From: an uncultured Saprospiraceae bacterium
GTDB taxonomy: Bacteria; Bacteroidota; Bacteroidia; Chitinophagales; Saprospiraceae
DNA length: 64,000 nt
Assembly: GCA_937921525.1 (NCBI GenBank)
Contig: CAKZUM010000221.1
Location: 9,342-73,341, forward strand
Direction of reading: 5' to 3'
Position numbers and translations under genes: made by a program. Position 1 is the stretch's first letter. Each line of letters starts with the position of its first letter. This document shows, piece by piece, positions 36,801 through 45,261 of this stretch. The notes beneath the pieces are model-generated. The model saw nothing but the letters and a program-made list of their open reading frames with translations, did not search any database and had not been told where the DNA came from.

Positions 36801-38227
36801 TTCCCCTCAATATCAGATAAGGATAAGATAGGAATGAAAACGATAATAATAATTAACTGCCCAAAGACCGCAGAGCGCATCATTTTAGTAGCACTCTTAA
36901 AAGTAATCGCATCAATTTTATTGCGTTTCTCCGCAACGCCTAAACTAGCCAATTGACTGCTTTGAGCCGTAATTTGAAAAGCAATATATTCTACAATAAT
37001 AACCGCACCGTCAATGATGATTCCGAAGTCAATGGCACCTAAACTCATGAGGTTAGCATCTACCCCAAATAGATACATCAAAGACAAGGCGAACAATAAA
37101 GAAAGTGGAATGACAGAGGCGACTAATAATCCAGAACGGATATTACCTAACAAAACGACAACGACAAAGATAACTATCAGACAACCTAAAATAAGGTTTT
37201 CGGCAATGGTAGAAGTGGTTTTTCCAATTAGCTCACTTCTATCCAAAAAAGGATTGATAAACACACCTTCAGGTAAAGATTTTTGCACTAATGCGACTCG
37301 TTCCTTTACACTTTCAATCACGGCCTTAGAATTGGCATCTTTCAACATCATTACTTGTCCCAACACCTTTTCGCCTTCCCCATTGGCAGTAATTGCTCCA
37401 AACCGATTAGCCGCTCCAAATTGGACTTTGGCAATATCTTTTACATAAATCGGCATGCCACCTCGATTGGAAACAATAATATTATTAATGTCTTCCATTG
37501 AGCCTATCAGCCCTTCCCCACGAATAAAATAACTCTCATTGCCTTTTTCAATATAGCCACCACCAGCGACACTATTATTATTTTCTAAAGCGGTAAACAC
37601 CTCGGAAACTGAAATATTCATAGCTCGCAATCGCACAGGATTAACCGATACTTCATACTGTTTGAGTTGACCACCCCATGTATTTACCTCTACTACCCCA
37701 GGAATACCCGATAATTGCCTTTTGACAATCCAATCCTGCATCGTCCGCAAATCCATGATAGAATATTGATCTTCATAGCCTGGCTTAACATCTAAGATAT
37801 ATTGATAAATTTCTCCTAATCCCGTAGAGACAGGCCCCATAAATGGACTACCAAAACCTTTAGGGATTTTTTCTTCTGCACTTTTTATCTTCTCTCCAAT
37901 CAATTGCCGAGGTAAGTAGGTTCCCATTTCATCCTCAAAAACAATGGTCACAACGGATAAACCAAATTTGGAAATAGACCGAATCTCCTTGACGCCTGGC
38001 AGGTTCGCCATTTCTAACTCCACAGGATAGGTAATAAATTGTTCTACGTCTTGTGTGGATAAATTTCGGGAAGTAGTAATTACCTGTATTTGGTTATTGG
38101 TCACATCTGGTACCGCCCCAATAGGTATGTTGAAGAGGGAATAAATACCGAAACCGATAATCCCTAAAGTAAATAGAAGGATAAGTAGTTTGTTATGAAT
38201 ACTGTAATTGATGATTTTTTCGAGCAT
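33893..38227 (-). CDS. CusA/CzcA-type heavy-metal RND permease fused to a C-terminal TolC/CzcC-like outer-membrane-factor domain (1444 aa)
   Basis: The N-terminal ~1040 aa are CzcA-like (MLEKIINYSI..., 12 TM pattern). A linker plus hydrophobic segment follows (LLLFFIATFIFPNFGQAQS), then OMF-like repeats (LSLEEAIEIALQNNAGLKAS...). Confidence 0.9.
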   Translation of the reverse strand: MLEKIINYSIHNKLLILLFTLGIIGFGIYSLFNIPIGAVPDVTNNQIQVITTSRNLSTQDVEQFITYPVELEMANLPGVKEIRSISKFGLSVVTIVFEDEMGTYLPRQLIGEKIKSAEEKIPKGFGSPFMGPVSTGLGEIYQYILDVKPGYEDQYSIMDLRTMQDWIVKRQLSGIPGVVEVNTWGGQLKQYEVSVNPVRLRAMNISVSEVFTALENNNSVAGGGYIEKGNESYFIRGEGLIGSMEDINNIIVSNRGGMPIYVKDIAKVQFGAANRFGAITANGEGEKVLGQVMMLKDANSKAVIESVKERVALVQKSLPEGVFINPFLDRSELIGKTTSTIAENLILGCLIVIFVVVVLLGNIRSGLLVASVIPLSLLFALSLMYLFGVDANLMSLGAIDFGIIIDGAVIIVEYIAFQITAQSSQLASLGVAEKRNKIDAITFKSATKMMRSAVFGQLIIIIVFIPILSLSDIEGKMFSPMAMTFCFALVGAMVLCFTYVPVMAALFLKPAAQSSKNISVIILTFLEKIYTPVITLALRFKGIVLFLAVVLLVGVGILFTQMGGEFVPTLDEGDFVIQPVLKTGTNLSKTIETTTQIEKILKTFPEVKQVVTRIGAAEVPTDPMSMEESDVIITLKPPSEWTSATTKDELADAFKEALSDIPGLDYEFTQPIEMRFNELITGVRADLAIKLFGDDLEVLNKKAQEIKKAIEGVEGAADISVEKVAGLPQMSVKYNRAKIANFGLNIEQVNQMLTMSFAGLPAGSVFEGEKQFDLVVRYAAEFRKDIDNIRNSSITLSNGGQIPLSELADISYTKGPAKISRDDTKRRIVVGVNVRNRDLESVVNDVQAIIDTKVKIPVGYSVIYGGQFENLRNARDRLMVAVPIALVLIFILLYFAFQSIKEALMVYTAIPLSAVGGILLLYFRDMPFSISAGVGFIALFGIAVLNGIVLIEHFKELKAQGMDNLKERVILGTQQRLRPVLLTASAAALGFIPMALSTSAGAEVQRPLATVVVGGLISATLLTLIVLPVLYALFDKQEKGSTPILPSNTLLLFFIATFIFPNFGQAQSTTLSLEEAIEIALQNNAGLKASSLAIERSQELTNGAYDIDKTNIYFGFDQNNIAANDKPLGILGIQQAIKLPSVYKMQKQLRESEVKVQEQRLKIAERLLEKEITTIYTTIQFWETTQGHYQYMDSLYLQFATAATRRYELGETNYLEKLTADTKQKEMALQIDQCTDNITASYSNLASWLQTEEPFTISTASFVPLAIKESAIENHPSLQLYQAATDVSLNTIELEKKQSLPDINLEYFLGSNTADNAKIYNGFQVGVGIPLWRKAQRSTIEAGKLETKMIEQQALNYRLSIAAKKERLQAQLNKYEKALLFYQEDGRLLSREIINTATKGFKNGEIDFLQYLQSMENAKHIERSYLDNLYQYNLIVLEINYLMN

Positions 38228-38327
38228 AGCTACTATTTGTCCATTTTAGTTTATGGACAAATATAGGCTTTGTACCCGCCTTGCTCGTTTCTGATCGCTT
38301 AAGATTTGCTTAAGAAAGGGACATGAA

Positions 38328-39764
38328 TTAATATAAAGCGATTGAATTTGGCTTATAGTCACTTATTAAAATCATTATTGAGTCAGAAGAAATTTCTCTA
38401 AAATCGTCATTTTTTTCATACAGGATCCTTTCTATATCTGTATTAGAAAATACATAGTTTTGATAGCCTCCAAATCTCCCGAAGTAATAATCAAATCTGC
38501 GATGGTCGTTTATAATTCCTTCAATTATGTATGCAATTCTAAAATCCCCATTTTCGTTAATTTCATTAAATTTCAATTCACCTAATTCAGTATTTTCATA
38601 TCCGATACTATCCAAAACAGCAGAGAGTACAGGGATATTAAATGTAAGTTTCTTAGAATTTGATGTTAACTCAACTATTTCAATATTTTGTTTAGTTGTA
38701 TCACTCCAAAAATTTATAATTCCATTTTTAAAGTCATAAGTATATCTTTCTAGGTCCAGTTCAATAATATCTTCAAAAAGCATAATATTATCAGTTGTTA
38801 TCATTTTTGGACTTCCAAGTTTATCCCTAACATACTGCATATTGGTTCCAACATCAAAGTCATTTAGAATATCAGAATATAATTCTTTGATGGGAGGATT
38901 AGTATTAAAAACTAAATTTGCTGGATTAGAAAAATTTGAAGTATTTGTAATAACTGTATTTTCTTTTGATAAGCTATCTTTTTTATTTGGTTCGTTAAGA
39001 GCTTTTATGACTCCAAAAATGATGGTAAAGCAAACAGTAATAACAGCACAGATAGCTAATACAATTTGAGAAATATTACTTTTAGGTCTCCTTGATTCTT
39101 TTAATCCTTTATCGGTATTAGTCAATTCTAATCTTTCTTCTAGTGATGTTATAATGTTTTCATAGTATTTTTGCGTATTCAAAATAGCTGCGTATCTAAA
39201 TTCTACGAGTGTTAGTTGCCAATATAAGCCCGGCATATCTTTTTTAGAAAAAACGGCTTCTGCTATTGGTAATATTCTTTTATTAAAAGTAGTTTTCTCT
39301 TTAAATGTTATATCTGTTATTATAGGTTTATATTTATTAATTATTCTCCTCAGCTTCAAAATTAGCTTTTTTGCATCTTCATCGTTTAGATTTAAACTAT
39401 CGTCATGAAATTCTATTAGTTTACCTGATACGATTGTCTCTAGGTTAGAAAGATGTGCTATTACTTGTCCATAAAAATTAGTCCTTTTATGATTATTTTC
39501 CTGTTCAATACCTATCATTTCGAAAAAATAAAATTCAGGGTATAAATCATCTAAGAGTATGAATGGTTGAATGAAATCTTCTATAATTTGAAATTGATTC
39601 CAGATATTTGGATATAAGGTGTTTGATTTTAAAAGTTGATTATGCCTTTCTAAAGTTAATATTCCTATCATGTAACTTTTGTTTTCTAATATTAAGTAAA
39701 AAAATGAAACGACTGATAAGATAATGAATACTAGAAAAAAATCAGGATAAGTTCCCCTACCCAA
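38328..39764 (-). CDS. Hypothetical membrane protein (AT-rich orphan)
   Basis: ORF with a central TM helix (IVLAICAVITVCFTIIFGVI). The ORF-track start is TTG at 39764, overlapping the kinase stop. The first ATG is at 39671. Confidence 0.6.
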   Translation of the reverse strand: MGRGTYPDFFLVFIILSVVSFFYLILENKSYMIGILTLERHNQLLKSNTLYPNIWNQFQIIEDFIQPFILLDDLYPEFYFFEMIGIEQENNHKRTNFYGQVIAHLSNLETIVSGKLIEFHDDSLNLNDEDAKKLILKLRRIINKYKPIITDITFKEKTTFNKRILPIAEAVFSKKDMPGLYWQLTLVEFRYAAILNTQKYYENIITSLEERLELTNTDKGLKESRRPKSNISQIVLAICAVITVCFTIIFGVIKALNEPNKKDSLSKENTVITNTSNFSNPANLVFNTNPPIKELYSDILNDFDVGTNMQYVRDKLGSPKMITTDNIMLFEDIIELDLERYTYDFKNGIINFWSDTTKQNIEIVELTSNSKKLTFNIPVLSAVLDSIGYENTELGELKFNEINENGDFRIAYIIEGIINDHRRFDYYFGRFGGYQNYVFSNTDIERILYEKNDDFREISSDSIMILISDYKPNSIALY

Positions 39765-41133
39765 AAGTCAACATAAAGCAACTCCCCTCCCTCACCTCAC
39801 TAGAAACAACAATCCTAATTCCCATCATATCACAAGCCTTCTTCACAATAGAAAGCCCCAAACCATTCCCTGTAATCTCTTTGTGATTTAAAGCATCTGA
39901 TCGAAAAAACGGGATAAAAATATGATCCATATCCACAGCTTTAATGCCTATGCCCGTATCTTTAATTTGGCAATGGAGTTGTCCGCTTTCTTGGGAGAGT
40001 GTAATGTTTATAGTACCATTAAGATAAGAATATTTTATCGCATTGGAAAGTAAGTTATCAAAAATCAAATCTAGATAATAAGGGTCAGAGGTGATGATAC
40101 TTTGGTTGGTCGCTTTTACATTGACAGCTAATTTTTTATCGGTAATAGCAGCTCTATATCTATGTAGTACATCATCAATAGATGTTTGTATATTGACAGA
40201 TTGTTTCGTTAATTGATGGTTTGCTTTATCAAATCTTGCTAGTATCAATAATTGGTCGACGACCTCTGATATTCGGTTAATCTCTTGAATACTATATTTT
40301 ATTTTTTCTTGATATTCAACTGCCGTTCTTGGCTTTCTAATCAATACCTCTAAAGTCCCTTGCAATACCGCTAGGGGTGTTCTAAACTGGTGGGAAGCAT
40401 CTGCCGTAAATTGCTTTTCTCGTTCAATCGCGTCTTGCATCCTACCCAACAACTCATTAATAGAAGAAGTGAGCGTGAATAGTTCATCTTTATTCACAGG
40501 CAATGGAATTCGTTCATTTAGACTATTTCTAGTGATTCTATCTGCCGTTTGCGTAATGGTCTGCACAGGAATGATACTTCGACCTGCTAAAAAACGAGTG
40601 ATAAAAAAAAGCCCAATCAAGACAATTGGAAAAAGGAGCAAGAGTGTATTTTTTAGATTATGTAATACGATATTTGATCCTTCTAAAGACATTGCTGCCA
40701 TGATATAGCCTTTCATTTCTCCATACATTTCAACAGGCACTTGAATCTGTCGAATCGCTCGACGGTTAAGCTTCGTATCGAACTGATTAAAAAATGCTTT
40801 GTTGGGATGAAAGCGTAAATTGTCTTCTTTTAGATTAGGAGATTTATCCATTAAAGTCCCTTCTTTATTAACAATTTGAATAAAAACAGGATTTGCCTGC
40901 ACTTCTATATGTTCTCGTTCTGCCCATTCATTTTTATTAAAAAAAAGGATACTATCATTTCTAACAAAAATTTCGTTTCGATGCATTTGCGCCTCAAAGT
41001 TCAGGTCGCTATCTATTTCGTTATACATGGCAGATTGCGCCACCAAGTAGATAATGACAAACACCAAAGCTGTAATACTAGCTGTCGCCAACATATAATA
41101 TAACGCAATTCTATTTTTAAAAGATAAATTCAT
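39757..41133 (-). CDS. Sensor histidine kinase (CusS/heavy-metal-sensor-like)
   Basis: Two TM helices plus HAMP, H-box FTADASHQFRTPL, and N/G boxes (NLLSNAIKY, DTGIGI, GNGLGLSIV). Confidence 0.9.
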   Translation of the reverse strand: MNLSFKNRIALYYMLATASITALVFVIIYLVAQSAMYNEIDSDLNFEAQMHRNEIFVRNDSILFFNKNEWAEREHIEVQANPVFIQIVNKEGTLMDKSPNLKEDNLRFHPNKAFFNQFDTKLNRRAIRQIQVPVEMYGEMKGYIMAAMSLEGSNIVLHNLKNTLLLLFPIVLIGLFFITRFLAGRSIIPVQTITQTADRITRNSLNERIPLPVNKDELFTLTSSINELLGRMQDAIEREKQFTADASHQFRTPLAVLQGTLEVLIRKPRTAVEYQEKIKYSIQEINRISEVVDQLLILARFDKANHQLTKQSVNIQTSIDDVLHRYRAAITDKKLAVNVKATNQSIITSDPYYLDLIFDNLLSNAIKYSYLNGTINITLSQESGQLHCQIKDTGIGIKAVDMDHIFIPFFRSDALNHKEITGNGLGLSIVKKACDMMGIRIVVSSEVREGSCFMLTFG

Positions 41134-41799
41134 TTAGTCTTTGGCTATATAGCCTACCCCCCTAACGGTTTGGATGTAGTCTTCTTCTGTTTTTAAATGT
41201 AGTTTTTTTCTAAGCGCATTGATATACACATCTATGACGCCGGTATCGTACTCAAAATGAATATCCCAAACTTTTTCTATAATTTGGGTTCGTCGACAAA
41301 CGGTTCCTTTATGTCGGATCAAAAATTCAAGCAAATCAAATTCTTTTTGGGTCAACGAAACCACTACTCCATCTTTCAATACTTGGTGTGCAGCTACATC
41401 TAATACAATATTGCCTAAGGTTAATTTTTCTAAGTCGCTACTTTTAGTCCTTAACTGTACTTTAATCCGAATTAACAATTCTTCAAAATGAAACGGCTTT
41501 TTGATGTAGTCATTCGCGCCTGCTTGTAGTCCTTGAATGGTGTCTTGTACCGTATCTTTTGCCGTTAAAAAGATAAGAGGTGTCTCCGTATCAGTAGTTC
41601 TAATAATTTTGCAGATGTCTATACCCGTTATTCCTGGCAACATCCAATCCACTAATAGTAAATCATATTTTTTGCTTTGTGCCAGTTCCAACCCATTCGT
41701 ACCGTTATTAGCCGTATCTACTAGATAGCCTTCCTCTTCCAGCCCTTGTTGAATGAAATTAGCAATACCTAATTCGTCTTCTATGACCAAAATATTCAT
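41134..41799 (-). CDS. OmpR-family response regulator (CusR-like)
   Basis: Receiver domain (DLLLVDWMLPG, K at KKPF) and a winged-helix output (LTQKEFDLLEFL..., VRGVGY). Confidence 0.9.
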   Translation of the reverse strand: MNILVIEDELGIANFIQQGLEEEGYLVDTANNGTNGLELAQSKKYDLLLVDWMLPGITGIDICKIIRTTDTETPLIFLTAKDTVQDTIQGLQAGANDYIKKPFHFEELLIRIKVQLRTKSSDLEKLTLGNIVLDVAAHQVLKDGVVVSLTQKEFDLLEFLIRHKGTVCRRTQIIEKVWDIHFEYDTGVIDVYINALRKKLHLKTEEDYIQTVRGVGYIAKD

Positions 41800-41973
41800 G
41801 GCGTAAAAATATTGAAACTAACTAGATAGTTTTCTTAAATCTTGCTTAAGATGTTAGAAAGGTCTTTGAGTTTAAGTACTTATACTAGATTTTTATAGCA
41901 TTTTCCGTAAAAAATATAAATTACTAGGCAACTCTTTCCTTCAACTAGACCGTACTCCTTAGTAGATTAGTAT

Positions 41974-42528
41974 ATGCAAAATAAAATGCCAGAACTAAAG
42001 ACCGTAATTAATGGCTGTAGACAAGGAAACCGCTTGGCTCAGAAACAACTCTATAAAGTGTTGTATAGCTATGCTATGGGGCTTTGTATGCGATATGCTC
42101 AAAATACGGAAGAGGCAGAAGAAATGTTGAATAATGGTTTTTTTAAAGTCTTTAAGAAAATAGATCAATATGATGTTAATTTACCCTTTAAGCCATGGTT
42201 TAAGGTGGTAATGGTTCATACAGCTATTGATTATCAAAAAGCTAAAAAGGTCTTTTATACGGAGGAGATTTCGGAAGTGCAGCTTGATTTAGTAAACGAT
42301 CATGGAATTGAAACACAAATGGCCTATGAGGAATTAATACTTGTCATACAAAAATTAAGTCCTGCCTACAGAATCGTGTTTAATATGCATGAAATAGAAG
42401 GATATAAGCACCATGAAATAGCCGAGCAACTCAATATAAGCACTGGTACTTCTAAATCTAATTTAGCAAAAGCTAAAAAGAAATTGCGAACACTACTGCA
42501 AGAAAAGCAACTAACAAAATTGAATTGA
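41974..42528 (+). CDS. ECF-type RNA polymerase sigma factor
   Basis: Region 2 (FKPWFKVVMVHTAIDYQK) and region 4 (YRIVFNMHEIEGYKHHEIAEQLNISTGTSKSNLAKAKKKL). Confidence 0.9.
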   Translation: MQNKMPELKTVINGCRQGNRLAQKQLYKVLYSYAMGLCMRYAQNTEEAEEMLNNGFFKVFKKIDQYDVNLPFKPWFKVVMVHTAIDYQKAKKVFYTEEISEVQLDLVNDHGIETQMAYEELILVIQKLSPAYRIVFNMHEIEGYKHHEIAEQLNISTGTSKSNLAKAKKKLRTLLQEKQLTKLN

Positions 42529-43817
42529 TGGAGATGGAAAAAAATGACTACAATAACATAAAGAAGATTTTAGATAATCCGCCAAGCTTTCCATATAAGG
42601 AAGAACAATGGAATGCCTTAGCCAAACAACTTGACCAAGCGGAAGAAAAGTCAGCTAGCTATTGGGAGCGGTATGCTTGGTTACTAATGATCCTACCTTT
42701 TCTATTACTAGGTGGTTGGGCTTGGCATACTATTCAAAAAGCAAATCAAGAAATTTTTAAGCTAAAAAAACAAGTAGAACAGGTAAATTTAGTAAATGAA
42801 AACATAGTAGATACAACCATCTATCGATCTACCGTTTATGTGTATGATACGATCTACCAAACAAAAACTATCTATCAAGAAGTAGATTCTCCAATAAAAG
42901 CGGCTTTACAATTGAATAAACCCGCTAGTTTAAGTCAACAACTGCAGCTTGCTTTTGAACAAAAAGGAGTAGGTACGAAGTTTCAGCAAACCATATTTAC
43001 ACCTCTAAGTCAAATTGGAATAGGTGGCGTACAACAAATTTTAAACCAATCAAGAAGCACCCCAACTGTCTATGCTTATAATGAAGAAGCAATCAAACAG
43101 CCTTTAACCGCTACTGACATTCTACAAGTAGATTTGCTTGATCTTCCTCTAAGAGACATGCCACTGTTTTTATACGATGAGCCTGCTCAGGTCACAGAAC
43201 CAGATAATTCACGCTTATTTTTACAACCTACAGGTTTTAGTCTTGGGATAGAGGGCAGTTTATTGAAGCTTATCCATGCACCTGTTTTGAGTACCCAAGG
43301 TTATACCCTAGGCTTATCAAGTGATATACATTTTGGGAGTAATTTGAGTATGTTTATTGGTGGAGAGTATCTTGAAAATCAATATAAGGTAACAAATATA
43401 GAAGACTTTGAAATTTACCCTACTGTTACACCTGATGACAGAACAGACCTTTTAAGTTACATTCGAATCAAGTCTAGATATCTACAGATTCCATTTGGGT
43501 TTAAATATAAATTTCAATCAATGAAATCCTTAAGACCTTACTTAGGCTTCGGTTTAATTGCTAGAAAACCTATAGCTAAAGAATTAGACTATGAATTTTT
43601 AGGCGTAAGGGAAGAATATTATATCAACCGTTCCTATAATACTAAAGGGTTCGCCATTAATACTTGGAGAGGAGATATAGGCGTGGAGCTAGCTCTTAAT
43701 AAAGAATGGAATGTGTATTTAGAGGCAACATATGATCAAGATTTCAGAAAAAGCACCTTTGATTTTGAGCAAATCAAATACCTTAATCTACGAGCAGGTG
43801 TTTTGTATAATTTTTGA
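42528..43817 (+). CDS. Sigma-partner protein: short N-terminal cytoplasmic segment, one TM helix, C-terminal beta-barrel-like domain
   Basis: TGATG junction with the sigma gene. TM helix YAWLLMILPFLLLGGWAW. The C-terminus has an alternating-hydrophobic pattern and ends ...GVLYNF. Paralogous to 56328-57638. Confidence 0.7.
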   Translation: MEMEKNDYNNIKKILDNPPSFPYKEEQWNALAKQLDQAEEKSASYWERYAWLLMILPFLLLGGWAWHTIQKANQEIFKLKKQVEQVNLVNENIVDTTIYRSTVYVYDTIYQTKTIYQEVDSPIKAALQLNKPASLSQQLQLAFEQKGVGTKFQQTIFTPLSQIGIGGVQQILNQSRSTPTVYAYNEEAIKQPLTATDILQVDLLDLPLRDMPLFLYDEPAQVTEPDNSRLFLQPTGFSLGIEGSLLKLIHAPVLSTQGYTLGLSSDIHFGSNLSMFIGGEYLENQYKVTNIEDFEIYPTVTPDDRTDLLSYIRIKSRYLQIPFGFKYKFQSMKSLRPYLGFGLIARKPIAKELDYEFLGVREEYYINRSYNTKGFAINTWRGDIGVELALNKEWNVYLEATYDQDFRKSTFDFEQIKYLNLRAGVLYNF

Positions 43818-43969
43818 CAATAGAACAGGCAACCCTTTCATAAAAAACTACCGTACCTTTTTATAGGTATACAATAATTTATATTTATTATTTTTAAATA
43901 ACTGCCAACTCCAAGTAGAGTTTGGAGCTGGCAGCGCTTATTCAATTCTTAAATAAACTTTTCAAAATT

Positions 43970-45139
43970 ATGAAGATTTTTCGAATTTTTCTCGTTTTCT
44001 TAGTAACAGGAGCATTAATAGTTGCTTGTTCAAAGGAATCCAAAGAAGAAATGAGTTCAGTAGTTAATGAATCCGCGACAGTAGCTACTATTAGTGCTAA
44101 CATCCCATTAGATGCTAGTCTACAAAAATTGGAAGCTACATTACTGAATTTCGATCAAACGGAGGAGTTTAGAGCACAAAGCATAACAGCTTCCTCTAGA
44201 AATGCTTTACCAGCTAGAGTATTAAACACCGTAGCTAACAATTATCCAAATGCCACTATCCAGTCTTATGAAGTGTATACTTCTGTTCCTGGGGCATCTT
44301 ACCAACATTATTCTGTACTATTAGATAATGGTATAGAGTTCGTTGTTTTTCAGTGGGGACATATTCTAGCTAGAGCAACTATAGAAGCAGTATATGAACC
44401 AAATGAACTTAAAGCAGGACAGTTACCTTGGAATTTATTACTTAGAATTTATAGCAATTATCAAAATGATCTTATCGAAGAAATAGAGCCTAGAGGGAGT
44501 TCTTTTGAAGTAGATTTAAAAGACGGTAGAGAATTGATTATTAATGCCAGTGGTACAGTGATTGCGATCAATCAAGATGCAGATGGCGATGATGATGATG
44601 ATGATTCAGGGAATACTTTACCCGGGGTTGATGGCATAGATAACAATTCTTCTTCGGACGATGACGATGATGGTTTAGGAGACAACGATGATGGAGTCTC
44701 AGGCAACAATGACGATGACGATGATGGTAATGGCGATAATGATGACGGTATATCTAGCAATAATGATGACGATGATGACGGAGATGGAGACAATGATGAT
44801 GGTGTATCTAGCAACAGTGATGACGATGATGACGGCAACGGAGACGACGATGATGGAGTTGCTGGAAATGGTAATCATATTGATCCAGCAACACTTCCTA
44901 CTGCTATTCGGAATTACATAGCAGCTAATTACCCAGGTGCCACTATTACGGAGGCGGAGAGATACAGTAATCAATACGAAGTTGAGTTAAACAATGGTGT
45001 AGAACTTTATTTTGACTTAAATGGTAATTTAATCAGTTCTTCTGGTAGTTCTTCAGATGACGATGATGATAATGGAACTAGTGACAACGACGATGATGAT
45101 GATAATGGAACTAGCGACAACGACGATGATGATAACTAA
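43970..45139 (+). CDS. PepSY-like (PF11396-type) lipoprotein with poly-Asp repeat region and tail
   Basis: Lipoprotein signal (LVTGALIVAC). PepSY-like modules (LPTAIRNYIAANYPGATITEAERYSNQYEVELNNGVELYFDLNGNLIS). Acidic 18-aa repeats. Start chosen at the Met preceding the signal peptide. Confidence 0.8.
   Translation: MKIFRIFLVFLVTGALIVACSKESKEEMSSVVNESATVATISANIPLDASLQKLEATLLNFDQTEEFRAQSITASSRNALPARVLNTVANNYPNATIQSYEVYTSVPGASYQHYSVLLDNGIEFVVFQWGHILARATIEAVYEPNELKAGQLPWNLLLRIYSNYQNDLIEEIEPRGSSFEVDLKDGRELIINASGTVIAINQDADGDDDDDDSGNTLPGVDGIDNNSSSDDDDDGLGDNDDGVSGNNDDDDDGNGDNDDGISSNNDDDDDGDGDNDDGVSSNSDDDDDGNGDDDDGVAGNGNHIDPATLPTAIRNYIAANYPGATITEAERYSNQYEVELNNGVELYFDLNGNLISSSGSSSDDDDDNGTSDNDDDDDNGTSDNDDDDN
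44657..44872 (+). repeat. Four tandem 54-nt (18-aa) repeats encoding DDDDDG-x-GDNDDG-x-S-x-N-x
   Basis: Units read directly: DDDDDGLGDNDDGVSGNN / DDDDDGNGDNDDGISSNN / DDDDDGDGDNDDGVSSNS / DDDDDGNGDDDDGVAGNG. Confidence 0.85.
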
Positions 45140-45261
45140 TTTATTATTCTAATTCATCCAAATCTATCCTGTCTCCTTCCTTGAAACGGAGGGGATAGGA
45201 TAGTTTATTTGCACCGAACTTTTAGACAACTGCTTCTTTTTCTACTAAAACAAGCAAAATA

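Noticed and set aside
34998-37448. Plus-strand ORFs 34998-35510, 35799-36233 and 37014-37448 (144-170 aa)
   Set aside because: They are antisense to the strongly supported CzcA-OMF gene. Their composition is skewed (Ala/Ser/Pro/Lys-rich mirror of a membrane protein) and no motifs are present.
44572-44974. ORFs 44572-44838 (-), 44688-44921 (+) and 44699-44974 (-) giving poly-Ser, Met/Thr-rich and Ile/Val-rich products
   Set aside because: These are alternative-frame and antisense readings of the GAT/GAC poly-Asp repeat array, which makes them artefacts of the repeat.
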